This document shows positions 1 to 12,400 of a stretch of DNA of 64,000 nucleotides, piece after piece (the stretch's first letter is position 1; each line of letters starts with the position of its first letter). The position numbers were made by a program, and so were the translations under genes. The DNA is taken from positions 98,394,001 through 98,458,000 of the forward strand of contig OX597819.1 of assembly GCA_951406725.2 (NCBI GenBank). The letters are read 5' to 3'. The notes under the pieces are model-generated. The model made no database searches, was not told the origin of the DNA, and saw only the letters and a program-made list of their open reading frames with translations. Source of the stretch: Octopus vulgaris. Taxonomy: Eukaryota.

Positions 1-2344
1 CCATGGGAAGTTTTCAGTGTTTACAGACTGTCATCATTTACAGCATCCCTATATCTTCTACTATCTCTGTTCTGGACAGAACTGACGATTATTTACAGAT
101 TTGGTTGTCAGTATCAGATACAAACAAACAAACACACACACTCTCTCTCTCTCACAGTGACTAAATTTCTCTGACATTAGTGTGGAACAGTGGTATAGGA
201 ATTCCTACATGACCTGGTGGCTAATACTTTACCGTTTAAACCAGCCATATCCGGCCCAAATATTCTTCCTGTATTATGTTCGAACTAGCCAGATTTGGCT
301 TCTTATACCTACCCTACTATGCCATTCCTAAAGTAAAGAATCCCATCATTGTAATCTCAAAGCTACAAGACAATGCATGAATAATTCGCAATAATGTAAT
401 TATGTAAGCATTACATTTGATAATCTGAATGTTAAGGTATTGGGCTCATGATCATATGGTCTTGGGTTTGATTCCTGGAGCAGCAATGTGATGTGTCCTT
501 GAACAAGGCTATTATTTCATGTTGCTCTGATCTAATCAGCTGAAATTGAGTACCAACCAGGTGCTGGTGCAGGTTTCTCTCTCTTCAGCTATGATATCCT
601 TGACATTCCACCAAGTGAATGTTGTGAGTGCTGAGAGGATGCCTATATCTTCTCACAGTACACAGGCTGCTAAAACTAGTGAAAATATGGTACATGCTAT
701 CAACTCATACTCAGTGATGGCTATGATATGATTTGTACACCATTGTTGTTGTTTCCTTCTGTTAGTCAAATATTGATGGAATCTGTGATTGTTCTAGGAA
801 TTTTGTTTTTGTTTCTTTTCTGTTTTCTGTGTAGTTTATGGATGCATTACATCTAACTTCAAATAATTTTGTCTTCTGTGTATGTTATATGTCTGTGTTG
901 CTTTGTTTTGTTGATTGTTACAGCTGGTTATATTTGATGTTTTCTGGCTTTGCTTGTAGAAGAAATATTGTTTTTGTATAAACCTGATCTGCTTTGCTCA
1001 AGTAGCCCCTGGCATGCAAGTAGTTGGCTAAGTAAGTGTAGTCAATAAATCTATTCCAGTTACACATATCTCCACCTAACAGACAACCATAGTTCACATC
1101 CCAACATGCACTGAGCTGCAGTGCTACAGTATGGATTTGATATGAATATTGTTGTTTTGGTGACAGGTTTCTCAGTTAGTGAGATAAAGACTAGAGTAAT
1201 GATGCAGTAGCTGTATCTAGGAAATTATAAGAGCCAGTAAAAGAGGCTCTATAGAGTTGCTTGATTTGCTAGAATTAGCAGACAAATCACTTTGAAACTA
1301 CTCCCTACCTTACTAACCCTTTGCCTGTGTATCACATCTGATAACATAGAACATACTTTCTCTGCATCATATATGATACACATTTCCAGTTTTTTTTTTG
1401 CAATCACTTGGGACTTATGAAGGAAAGGAAAGCTTTATATTACTCAGAATGTATGAAACAGGAGTTAGTTAAAAGTCTGAAAACAAGGATGGATGTTTAG
1501 GATAAGCATACAAAAATACTTTGGACAGGCAAAGAGTTAATAAAAAAAAACAAATACATTGAATAATTCAAAATTGAAGTCAGAGTTTTGTGGTTCGGAA
1601 CAAGCTACTTCACAGCTCTACTTACTTTTGTTTCTTGACCAGCAGAAAAGAGGCTCTAGTCTGCTTTACATTTTTGTGGTTGATGGAAATGAAGACATCG
1701 AAGTGTCATGGCAAATGCCCCAACAACAAACTGTGCTATGTATGTCATTATGTAGATGTTAAAAAGGCAGCGAGCGGGTAAAATGCATAGTGGTATTTTG
1801 CCATCGCTATGTTCTGAATTCAAATTCTGCCTTTCATCTTTTCAGGGTCCATAAATTAAGTACCATTTGTGTACTGGGGTTGATGTAATCAACTATCTCC
1901 CACCCCTGAATTTCAGGCCTCATGCCTATAGTGGAAAAGATTATGTAGATGTTAAACTGTGAAAAATAAATTCCAAATGACATCATTTTAACTTCACTTT
2001 AATGTATCTTGATATCTGCCATATAACAACTTGTAGGGGTCATTGAAAATGTTGTTTCTCTTTGAATATAAACCATCATCACTATGTTAGTAAGGATTGT
2101 ATAACACATCTGTCTTTAATCTTTCTGCTCTATTGTCTCAGATTCTCAGAACTAATTTTGCAACTTCTTCCCAAATTTACTTTTGCCTACATTTAGAAAG
2201 GATACTCTCCACCTCCAAGTTAATCCATTTCCATCCAGCGTGTTTTCATTTTGTTTGTTTGTGTGAGTGTCTTTGATGTTTAATTAAAATTATCTCATTA
2301 TCATTTTCCTTTCAGAATTCATCATTCAATTTTAAAACAGCAGG

Positions 2345-2390
2345 ATGTCTAAACCAGTTATCAATAATTTGAGGTTTAATCAAGACCACG
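2345..2390 (+). CDS. WDR45: WDR45 coding exon 1 ([15 protein letters not shown])
   Basis: ATG at 2345; acceptor ttttcctttcag ends 2315, so a 5'UTR exon lies upstream (not located); donor gtaact at 2391. Confidence 0.9.
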
Positions 2391-3393
2391 GTAACTATTG
2401 TTGTTTTTTTTTTTTGGAGGGATTTTCTTTTTAATTAGTTCTTTCTCTTCAGTTTTCTATTGAAGACAAAAAGAAAACTTGTCAGATCCCTTTGTAATCT
2501 GTTGATTAATTTTATATCCATAATTACTATATTTACTCATGTATAAGCTGCTTTTTTTTAATACTTGATTTTAACTGAAAAATCTGGGATGTAGTAACTG
2601 TGAAAGAGGAAATTTTTGTACCGAGATTTCACACTAAATTATGGATGCAATTTATACACATAGTAAATTATTTTGAAGACTAATCTAACATTGATTTTAG
2701 AACACATCTGTTTTCGCTCGTGGCTGCTAATCTGAAGGATATATGAAATAATAGATGTTCTAATCTATATGAGTTTGTATGTGTGTGTGTATACATGGTA
2801 TATATATATATATATTGTCATCATCATCATCATTGTTTAACGTCCACTTTCAATGCTAGCATGGGTTCGATGATTTGACTGAGGACTGGCGAACCAGATG
2901 GCTGCACCAGGCTTCAGTCTGATATATATATATATGCACACGCACACACAAGTAAGCACATAAATACAAAACAAGGTGGGCAAAATAGTACTCAAATTAC
3001 TGAAGGTAGAGTAATAGGCTTTTTTATTAAAGCTGCTAAAACCTCACAAAACTGTGGCCTGGAGTCTCATGTTCCCATTCATCGGACAATTGTGATCATG
3101 TCTCAATCGCAGCTGTCTGACAAACGGATATACTTTCTTAAAAAAGTATATATATATATATGAGAGAGAGAGATTTAGTGTTGATCGCATGAAAAATTCA
3201 CCTGCTGTAAAGTGGTAGGCATTAGGATGCTATAGAAACCATGCCAAAGTAGACAGTGGAGCACAATGCAGTCATTGGATCCATTGGATCCTATCAAACC
3301 ATTCAACACATGCTAGCATGGAATGTGGACATTGAATCATGATTATATATGTACATGTTTGTATGTATTTATATTTATATATATATGTACGTG

Positions 3394-3428
<35 letters not shown>

Positions 3429-6400
3429 ATCATCATCAGTGTTTAATGTCCCTTTTCTATGCTGGCATGGGTTGGATGGTTTGACTGGGGACTAGCAAGC
3501 CAGGAGGCAGCAGCAGGCTCCAATCTGATTTGGCAGTGTTTCTACAGCTGGATGCCCTTCCTAATGCCAACCACTCAGAGAGTGCAGTGGGTGCTTTTTA
3601 CGTGCTACCGGCACAGGAACCAGTCAGGCAAGTGGGGTGGAGGCTGGCATCAGCCACATTCGGATGGTGCTTTTTACATCCCACTGACATGGGGATCCAA
3701 TTAGGCTGCACTGGCAACAACCAATGCATGAATGGTGCTTATTGCATACTACCAGTACGAGAGCCAGTCAGGTAGCGCTGCCATCAGCCACAACTAAAGT
3801 TTCCTTGTGTATATTATCACCATCATCTTTAATTAACATCTGTTTTCCATGCTGGCAGCGGTTGGGTGGTTTCACAGAAGATGGAAAGCCAGAGAACTAC
3901 TCCAGACTCCATTATCTGCTTTGGTATGATTTCTGTTGCTGGATGACTTTTCTAACACCAACCACTTTACAGAGTGTACTGTATCATTAGGGTTGGCAAG
4001 TAACTTGCCAGACGAAGACATGGGTTGGACAGTCCTACAGGAACTGATAAGGTGGAAGACTGCTGTATGTATATGTACATATACACACATAGTTCATGCT
4101 AGTAGACAAGCTCATATTACAATATTTGTTGTAAGACATGTAAGTCCCACACTGGTCTAAAAATAGCTATGAATCAGACCAGACAAACATCATGCTACTT
4201 GAGGTGAGGCATATTTCTTTGTAATGCAGATTTCAAGCAGCTCTCAGAACTCAAAGGCCACTTACATGCTTGTATACAGAAAGAGCATATCTCACAGGAA
4301 GTGGTCGAACTTTGAATGAAAGATTATTATTATATATGTATATGTATGTATATACGTGTGTGTGTGTGTGTTTATATATATGTGCATGGACAGTGGACAT
4401 TAAATGATGATGATGTGTGTGTATAAATATATATATATATTTACGAGCAAAATGCCCCCGACCCATCCAATGGACAGTGCTGACCAAATTTTCTCTAGAC
4501 AACTTGTCCGACCATCCCAAAGGCCTCTCCTTTGAGAAACACTGATTTAACCTAAATTTGAGACACCAGCAAAAGAAGAAATAAAGATAGACTTTTTTTC
4601 TATTCCAATGAAAAACGATTTTATTCACACAAATATGCAACCAAAGAGTTTAATGTACCAGTAATGATAAGGTTGTTGACTGGGAGAACACAAACATGGT
4701 TTAACCCTTTAGCGTTCAGATTACTCTGTTAAATGTAATAATTTTTCACTCAAATTGTTTTGAATTAATCATACATTATCTTATAGCTTTGAGGTTTCAA
4801 TGATGTGATTGTTTGTTTTTAGAATATCAATGTAAGTTAGGTGTGAGAGGCTAGATATCGCCCGTTTGAATGTAAAACATGTAGAATATCTGGGCCAGAT
4901 ATGGCCGGTTTAAACACTAAAGGGTTAAACAGTAAGCTTGGCAAGAAAGAAACGTGCCTTTAAGCAGTACGAAAGCAACACAAAATGGAAGGTGCAGTTA
5001 CGTACAGGTTGACGTAAGAAAAGCAGGACAAAAACGGCTTTATCGATCGCATTCTCACCTGGAATCGATTTTTGTAATTTTTTCAAAACTTATACATGCC
5101 CTAATACCGTTGGTATCTACATATCAATTTTGAGCACAATCGGCTGGAAGATGCCCAAGATCCTAGAAGACACACAGACAGATAGAATGGATTTTATATA
5201 ACAGATATATAATCATTATCCTTTAAAATCTGCCTTCCATGCTGGCATGGGTTGGACAGTTTGACAGGAGCTGGCCAGGTAGCACACGGTTGCGTGTGCA
5301 GTGAGAGATAACAATGACCTTCGTGAGGCAGTGTGCTGAGTGACATTGCTGTGTTTACTTCGCAAATTGTGAAATTTGTGTTTTTGTGGTTACATGTATG
5401 TTGTAGTCTGTGATTTTGTCATGGACAGGAATTTTTTGATACCACCTCATATATATAATTCTACCTAAGAATGATCTTATTCTTTTTATATCTCTTAACC
5501 CATTGCCTGCCATGAGCCACATTTGGAGATCTGCTATAAACAGTCTCACTGCCAGTTGTTTGTTGTATTTAAAGTAAATTGTTTATATACATTGCATTTG
5601 CAGAAGTGTGTTTAACAATATTTAGTAGTTAAAGTTCGTCATTATTAGCTCTGGCTAATTCTAGAGGACATTTTATGTCACAAATCACAATTTTTGAACT
5701 ACAAAAATATCGACTGTTTTGAAAACTTTTTTTTTTTGCATTTCCCATCTATATCATCCATTGATATTTCATATACATTTGTATTTGATTCTCTAGTTTC
5801 AAAAAAACTAACATGTTTATTATTGCAATTGAATAGATAAGGATACTTATGCTTTTTTTCCAGTGATCCCCATTTGGGACTTTTCGAAAAATTTATCATA
5901 ATTTCCAAAATAATTCACATATGAAGAAAATTTAAATACTATATATTATTTCAACTTCTAAGACACCTGGTAAAGCCAAAAAATATGAATAAAAGAAATT
6001 TGGCAGTTAATGGATTAAACACGGTTCTATTTTCTGCTGAGTAGAATCACTGCCAGTAGACTTTATCTCCAAGTTCAGAAATATACATGTTAACATTATA
6101 GTTAAGTATACTTTGGGCATACTAACTATAAACTATCCCAAAATAGCTGACCTGATATTTCAAAATTTAATGTCATCATTAATTTAAGTAAAATTGACTT
6201 TAGTTGTTTTGAAATAATTATAATATTCAAGTGGATTAAAACTACAAGAGTAGTTCTAATCCATTTGTAACCTTTAGCAATGAGTCAGAGGTTATAAGTT
6301 CAATCATGATACAGGCTCAGGTTGAACACTTAATTCTACTTGACTCATTTGCTCTAATCACACTGTACCACACAGCTTCCTATCATATGCTAATTAAAGT

Positions 6401-9400
6401 TTTCTGCTCTGTACCAATGTCATAATTCATTATTTACATTCGACAGATATTTGCCCTCATCTTGTTTGTTGTTAACACAACATTTCGGCTGATATACCCT
6501 CCAGCCTTCTTCAGGTGTCTAGGGGAAATTTCGAACCTGGGTTCTCATTCCTAAGGTATTTTTCGATGTTATTATTATTATTATTATTGTTCAGGTCACT
6601 GCTTGGAATTGAACTCAGAATCTTGGGGTTAGTAGTCCGCGCTCTTAACCACTACGCCATATGCCTGTGGGCATATCCGTCAAATGTAAATAATGTACAT
6701 AATTCCTCATCTCTTAACTATAGAACTGTAATGTCCTAGTTGTTTAACCCTTTAGCATTCAAATTACTTTGTTAAATGTAATATTTATTTAGTCACATTG
6801 TTTTGAATTAATCATGCATTAACACATAGCTTTGCAATTTCAATCATGTCATCATCATCATTGTCTGTCTGTCTTCCATGCTGGCATGGGTTGGACAGTT
6901 TGACAGGAGCTGGCAAGCCAGGCACCACACCAAGTTCCATAGTCTGTTTTGGCTTGGTTTCTACAGAATAACATTGTAAGATAGATATGAGAGGCCATAT
7001 CTGGCCAGTCTGAATATAAAAACAAGCAAAATATTTGGGCCAGGCATGGCCAGTTTAAATGCTAAAAGGTTACATCAAGTCACCCTTTCCACCACATCTC
7101 AGTAGTTCAGTCTAATAATAAAACATCACTACTTATGCTATTCAGCTGGACTTGGCAGAAACAAATACTTTAGTGAATGTTGATTGTTAAGTAGATGCCA
7201 GTGTAATTAATGAAGTAGCCCAAGATGTTTTGCTTAATTAAAATTATACCTTCAATGACGAGAGTAAATCATCATCGTCATTATCATTTTATTCAACTTT
7301 CCATGTTAGAATAGATTGGACGGATCATTACAGTTGAGTTACCTCTCATTGGGAACCACAGCTCCTACTGCTACTCAAGCATGTCATTTGGCTTGGTTTT
7401 TGTGGTTGGATGCCCTTCCTATTGCCAACCACTTTACAGGGTGCAATTTTGCAAGACGATAATACTAGAAAGAATAAATAGTCTTCTGTGAGATAGAACC
7501 AGAGGGATCACGCAATCCTACACTTTCTCTTGTTCATTAGCCAACCGCTTTACAATGTGAACTGTAGGTGGGGTACTTTGTATGCAGTAATTATCTAAAT
7601 GATTAACTCTTGGCAAAAAAGGCAGAAGGGAAACCCTTTAATTTTAATTAAAGTTAATTAAATATGGAACGTAGTATATCTGTCCTTAGTAGTCAAATTA
7701 CAATCCCATGCATGTTTCAGGTTTATTAAAGCTCATAAGATTGGCACAGTTTAATCATAACTGTGAAATCTTGGACTGAACTGTAAAATATTGGGTAATT
7801 TGATAATTTACATGAATGACTATGGGTAAGGTTTTAATTAATTAAAATTCCTTAGCCTGTTACATGAAGTATATTATCATCTGCTTTGCAACTAAGTTTT
7901 CAAACTGCTCGCATCTCTGGGTATTTTCTTCTTGTCATTTTTCTAGAACTCTTACAATGACTTGATTGTTAGTCTTACCCAATTTATTTACTTCCATATA
8001 TTTTACCATTGTTTCAGGATGTTTCAGCTGTGCTTCAGATACTGGCTTACGTCTCTTCAACATAGAACCACTCACAGAAAAGTTAAATGTCGGTAAGTAG
8101 CATGGTTCCTTCATTCTATTGACTTCAATTAACTATCATACTCCGAACCTCTCTAAGTTTTAGTCTCTGTTTTTCTATTTGCATTCAGATTACTCTGTAG
8201 AATGTAATGGTTATTCATTCACACTGTTTTGAATTAATTAGCGATTATCTTCTAGCTTCAAGATTTCAACGATATGATTGTTGAGTAGGTGTTAGAGGCC
8301 AAAATCAGGTCAACTATTTGGGCCAGGTGTGGCCAGTTTCAAATCTAATGGGTTAATCACCAACTGGCTTTATCAACTATAGATACATGTGTACATACAA
8401 ATACAAGACATACACACACATGCAGATACATATATACATGTGAACATAGATTCATGTGTACTCACAAACATAGATACATATGTACACATAAGCTTAGAAA
8501 CACATGCACACATGAAAAAGGATACATGTGGATTTACAGACATGGATATGTATGCACATACAAAGTACAGGTATGACTGTGTAGTAAAAAGCTTGCTTCC
8601 CAACCACATGGTTCTGGGTGCAATCCCACTGTATAGCACCTTGGGCAAGTATATTCTACTGTAGCCCCATGTCAACCAAAGCCTTGTGAGTGGATTTGGT
8701 AACCAAAACTAATAATAATTGTTTCTAACAGGGGTATTATAATAATAGCATGAGCATCAAGGTCTCAGATTTGGAGAAAGGGGCTTTGTTGATTCTATTG
8801 TTCCCAGTCTGGTCATTTATTTTACTGACCCCAGACAGATGAAAGTAAAGCTGATCGTTGCAGGATTTGAACTCTAATGTAGAGACATTAAATATTGCTA
8901 AAACATTTTTCCAGTTCACCACTTTTGCTAATGATGATGATAGTGATGATGATAATGGTTTCAAATTTTGGCACAAAGCCAAAAATGTTAGGGAGACTGG
9001 ATATGTTGATGACATAAACTCCAGTGCTTGCCTGATTCTTATTTTATTGATCCCCAAAAGGATAAATAGCAAAATTGACCTTGATAGTATGTGAACTTAA
9101 GAACAATTGGAGTAAGATATTTTGTCTAGCACCCTGATGGTTTTACTGAGCACCATTCTTAGTAACAGTAATAATATTTACCAGGCAGTGGCTTTCATGG
9201 TTTTTGATCTTAACTGATTGGAAGTGTTATCATGTACATGTTCAGTCTTGGTATAAAAGATAGACTGCAGCAAATATTCTGCTCAATGCCACAGATTTAC
9301 TTGTCAGTTGCTTGACCTTAACCAGTTGAGCATGTCCCTTAGTGGCTGGTGATATGTGCATCTCTGATCATAAGCAGTAGTTGGGGAGCATCATAGCCAT

Positions 9401-12400
9401 GTGTCGAGAGGAATTCTTTGGGGTTAGAATAATTGACCTCTGGAAAAAAGTGTGATTTGTTCATCATGCGGAATGGACCTCAAGACAATTCTAACTGGGC
9501 CCCACCTGCAAGGTCATGTGCTGTTTGTCTTGATATGAGATCACCATGTTGCGCACACATGGTTGTGATGCATGTGCCTGGTGTACCCTTGTCAGGCAGG
9601 TACTCATGATGGGAATATTGGGCTTTGTATATTTGTACCCCAGTGTCACTTTGATGACATTCACTGCTATTTCACTCAGTAATAATGATGATGGTCCAAT
9701 ATTTCTAATACTTTGTCAAATTTCTTTTGTATTTCAGGAAAAGAAAATATTGGTAGCATTTCCCATGCTGAAATGTTGTTCCGTACCAACCTTATTGGAA
9801 TTGTGGGAGGTGGAAGTTGTCCAAAGTTTGCTGACAATACTGGTAATAAATGCTTTCTTAGAAGTTCTGTTTGTATAACTGTATGTGTATTTGTATTCTT
9901 TTATTCTTTTACTTGTTTCAGTCATATGACTGTGGTCATGCTGGACCACTGCCTGTAGGTGGACTAATCGACCCCAGGACTTATTCTTTGTAAGCCTAGT
10001 ACTTATTCTATCGATCTCTTTTGTCGAATTGTTAGGTTATGTAAACACACCAACATCGGTTGTCAAGCGATGGTGGGGAACTAGCGCAGACACACAAACA
10101 TATACATTATATATATATAACAAGCTTCTTTCAGTTTCCATCTACGACATCCACTCACAAGGCTTTAGTTAGCCCGAGGCTATAGCAGAAGACACTTGCC
10201 CAAGTTGTCACACAGTAGGATTGAACCTGGAACCATGTGGTTGGGAAGCAAGTTTCTTACCACACAGCTGAGAAAAATATTTCATTTCATTTTACTCTGC
10301 AATTTGATGTGTGACATGTCATGCACCTGTTCAGGCAATGTAGATTTGATGGAGGGAGTGAGCTTTTGTGCAACACAAACATTTGAACACTGAATAAATC
10401 ATCTGTGTAAGTTGTTCAACAAGAATTTGTAGAACACCCTTGTCTGTCATTTATGACAGAAGAGTCCACCATATGTGTGTGTGTGTGGTAAATTTGTTGC
10501 TGTATTGTTTGTTGTTGTTGTAACCTCAGTGTGCCCTACATGAACTGACTTACAACAAACATAGGCTGCTGGTCAAACATCTGGCTGCATTCTCACTCTA
10601 GATATCTGATGCCTTCATCTTGTTTACACCTTTGCAAATCCTGTTTAGTTTTTTTTGTGTGTGATAAGGTGTCACTTTCATCAATTGTATAAATTTAGTG
10701 ACCTATCCAACCCTCATTAATTTACACAAAGACCAAAACAAATATGAAAATCTAATCAAACTCAAACCCTGCTCACAATATGTCGTAGAGAGATACTATT
10801 GGCAGGGATTGATCTCAGTTCCTTTGTTACACAAGATGTATGTTTGCTGTAAGTATTTTTTGTAAGTTTATCCTTTGTCTTCTGTTTCACTTTTCTTCAG
10901 TGTTGATCCGGGATGAGAGTCAAAAGTCGGAAAGGAAGTTTGCCCTTGAATATATTTTCTCACAGCCTGTCATGAATATACGCATGAAGAGAAACAAGTG
11001 AGGCCTTTTACTTTCTTCTCATTCTTCTAACATTTGATGATATTGAGGTTTATATCTCTCTCTCTTAAACTTTTTTCTTTTTGCATGACTTAGTCAGTAG
11101 GGATCAGGACAACACTCATAACCCCTTTTTAGGCTCTTCAAGGCAAGTGAAAGAAAAGTTATTTTCAAATTGGGGACCTGGCCTGAATAATTGCAACATA
11201 GTAGATTTCATTAAATACACTGAACAGTCAAGTAGTTGTATTAAACTAGGAGATAGATTTAGTCTGCCACTCATCATCATCATCATTGTTTAATGTCCAT
11301 TTTCTATTTGGGCCCAGGTTGGACAGTTTGATAGGAGCTGGCCAGTTGGAGAGCTGCTGAGGCTCCAATTGTCTGTTTTGACATGGCTTCTACAGATGAG
11401 TGCCCTCCCTAATGCTACCCACTTTATAGAGCGTGCTACCAGCATATGTGCTTTTAAGTGTCACTAGCATGAGTGCATTTTACATTGCACCAGCACCTGC
11501 AAGGTAAAGACCTTTCAGCTGGGAGAGGGAGTGGGACATGGCCCCAATGGGCTTTGATATAGTTTCCATTTAACAAACTTCACTCACTAGGCTTTAGCCA
11601 ACCCGAGTCTGTAGCAGAAGTCACTTGTCCAAAGAGTAGAATTAAAACTGGTGTTATGTAGTTGGAAGGTGCATGGGTCAGTGGTTAGAGCATTGGACCC
11701 ACAATCATGAGTTAGTGAGTTTGATTCCCAGGCTGGGCTGTGTTTTGTGTTCTTGAGCATGACACTTTATTTCATGTTGCTCCAGTTCACTCAGCTGTAG
11801 AAATGAGTTGCAACATCACTGGTACCAAACTGTATTGGCCTTTGCCTTTCCCTTCTAAAACATCAGTGACATGATGAGAGGAGGCTGGTATGCATGGATG
11901 ACTGCTGGTCTTCCATAAACAACCTTGCTTGGATCTGTGCCTCGGAGGGGAACTTTCTCGGTGCATCCCATGGTCATTCATGACCGAAGGAGGTCTTTTA
12001 CCCTATGTAGTTGTGAAGTGAGCTTCTTTAGCTAATCATTCATAAATCCCAACATAAAAACAGCATTGCAAGTCACCTACCTCTACTGTAGCTATTATGG
12101 TCACCTAACTCCACACCATTCACTATCCATACCACCACCATCACTTCTCCTGCAGCTGCCATCCATGTCATCACCACCTACCTCTACTGTAGTTGTCATT
12201 CACTACCCTCATATATCCATACCATCACATGTCCATATCACCACAGTGACTTACCTTATCAGTAACTACCACTACATTCATATGTCTTTGTAAGATTCTT
12301 ACCTAAAATGTTAGAATTTTTTTATTATGACCGGAGTGTATTGATTGACTAGGTGGTTATGGATCAAGAATCGGGAGTTTCCAGGGCTAAGAGAGAGAAG

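Noticed and set aside
9170-9690. Complex non-microsatellite stretch in WDR45 intron 2
   Set aside because: Looks like an old interspersed repeat, but no diagnostic peptide or terminus could be identified.
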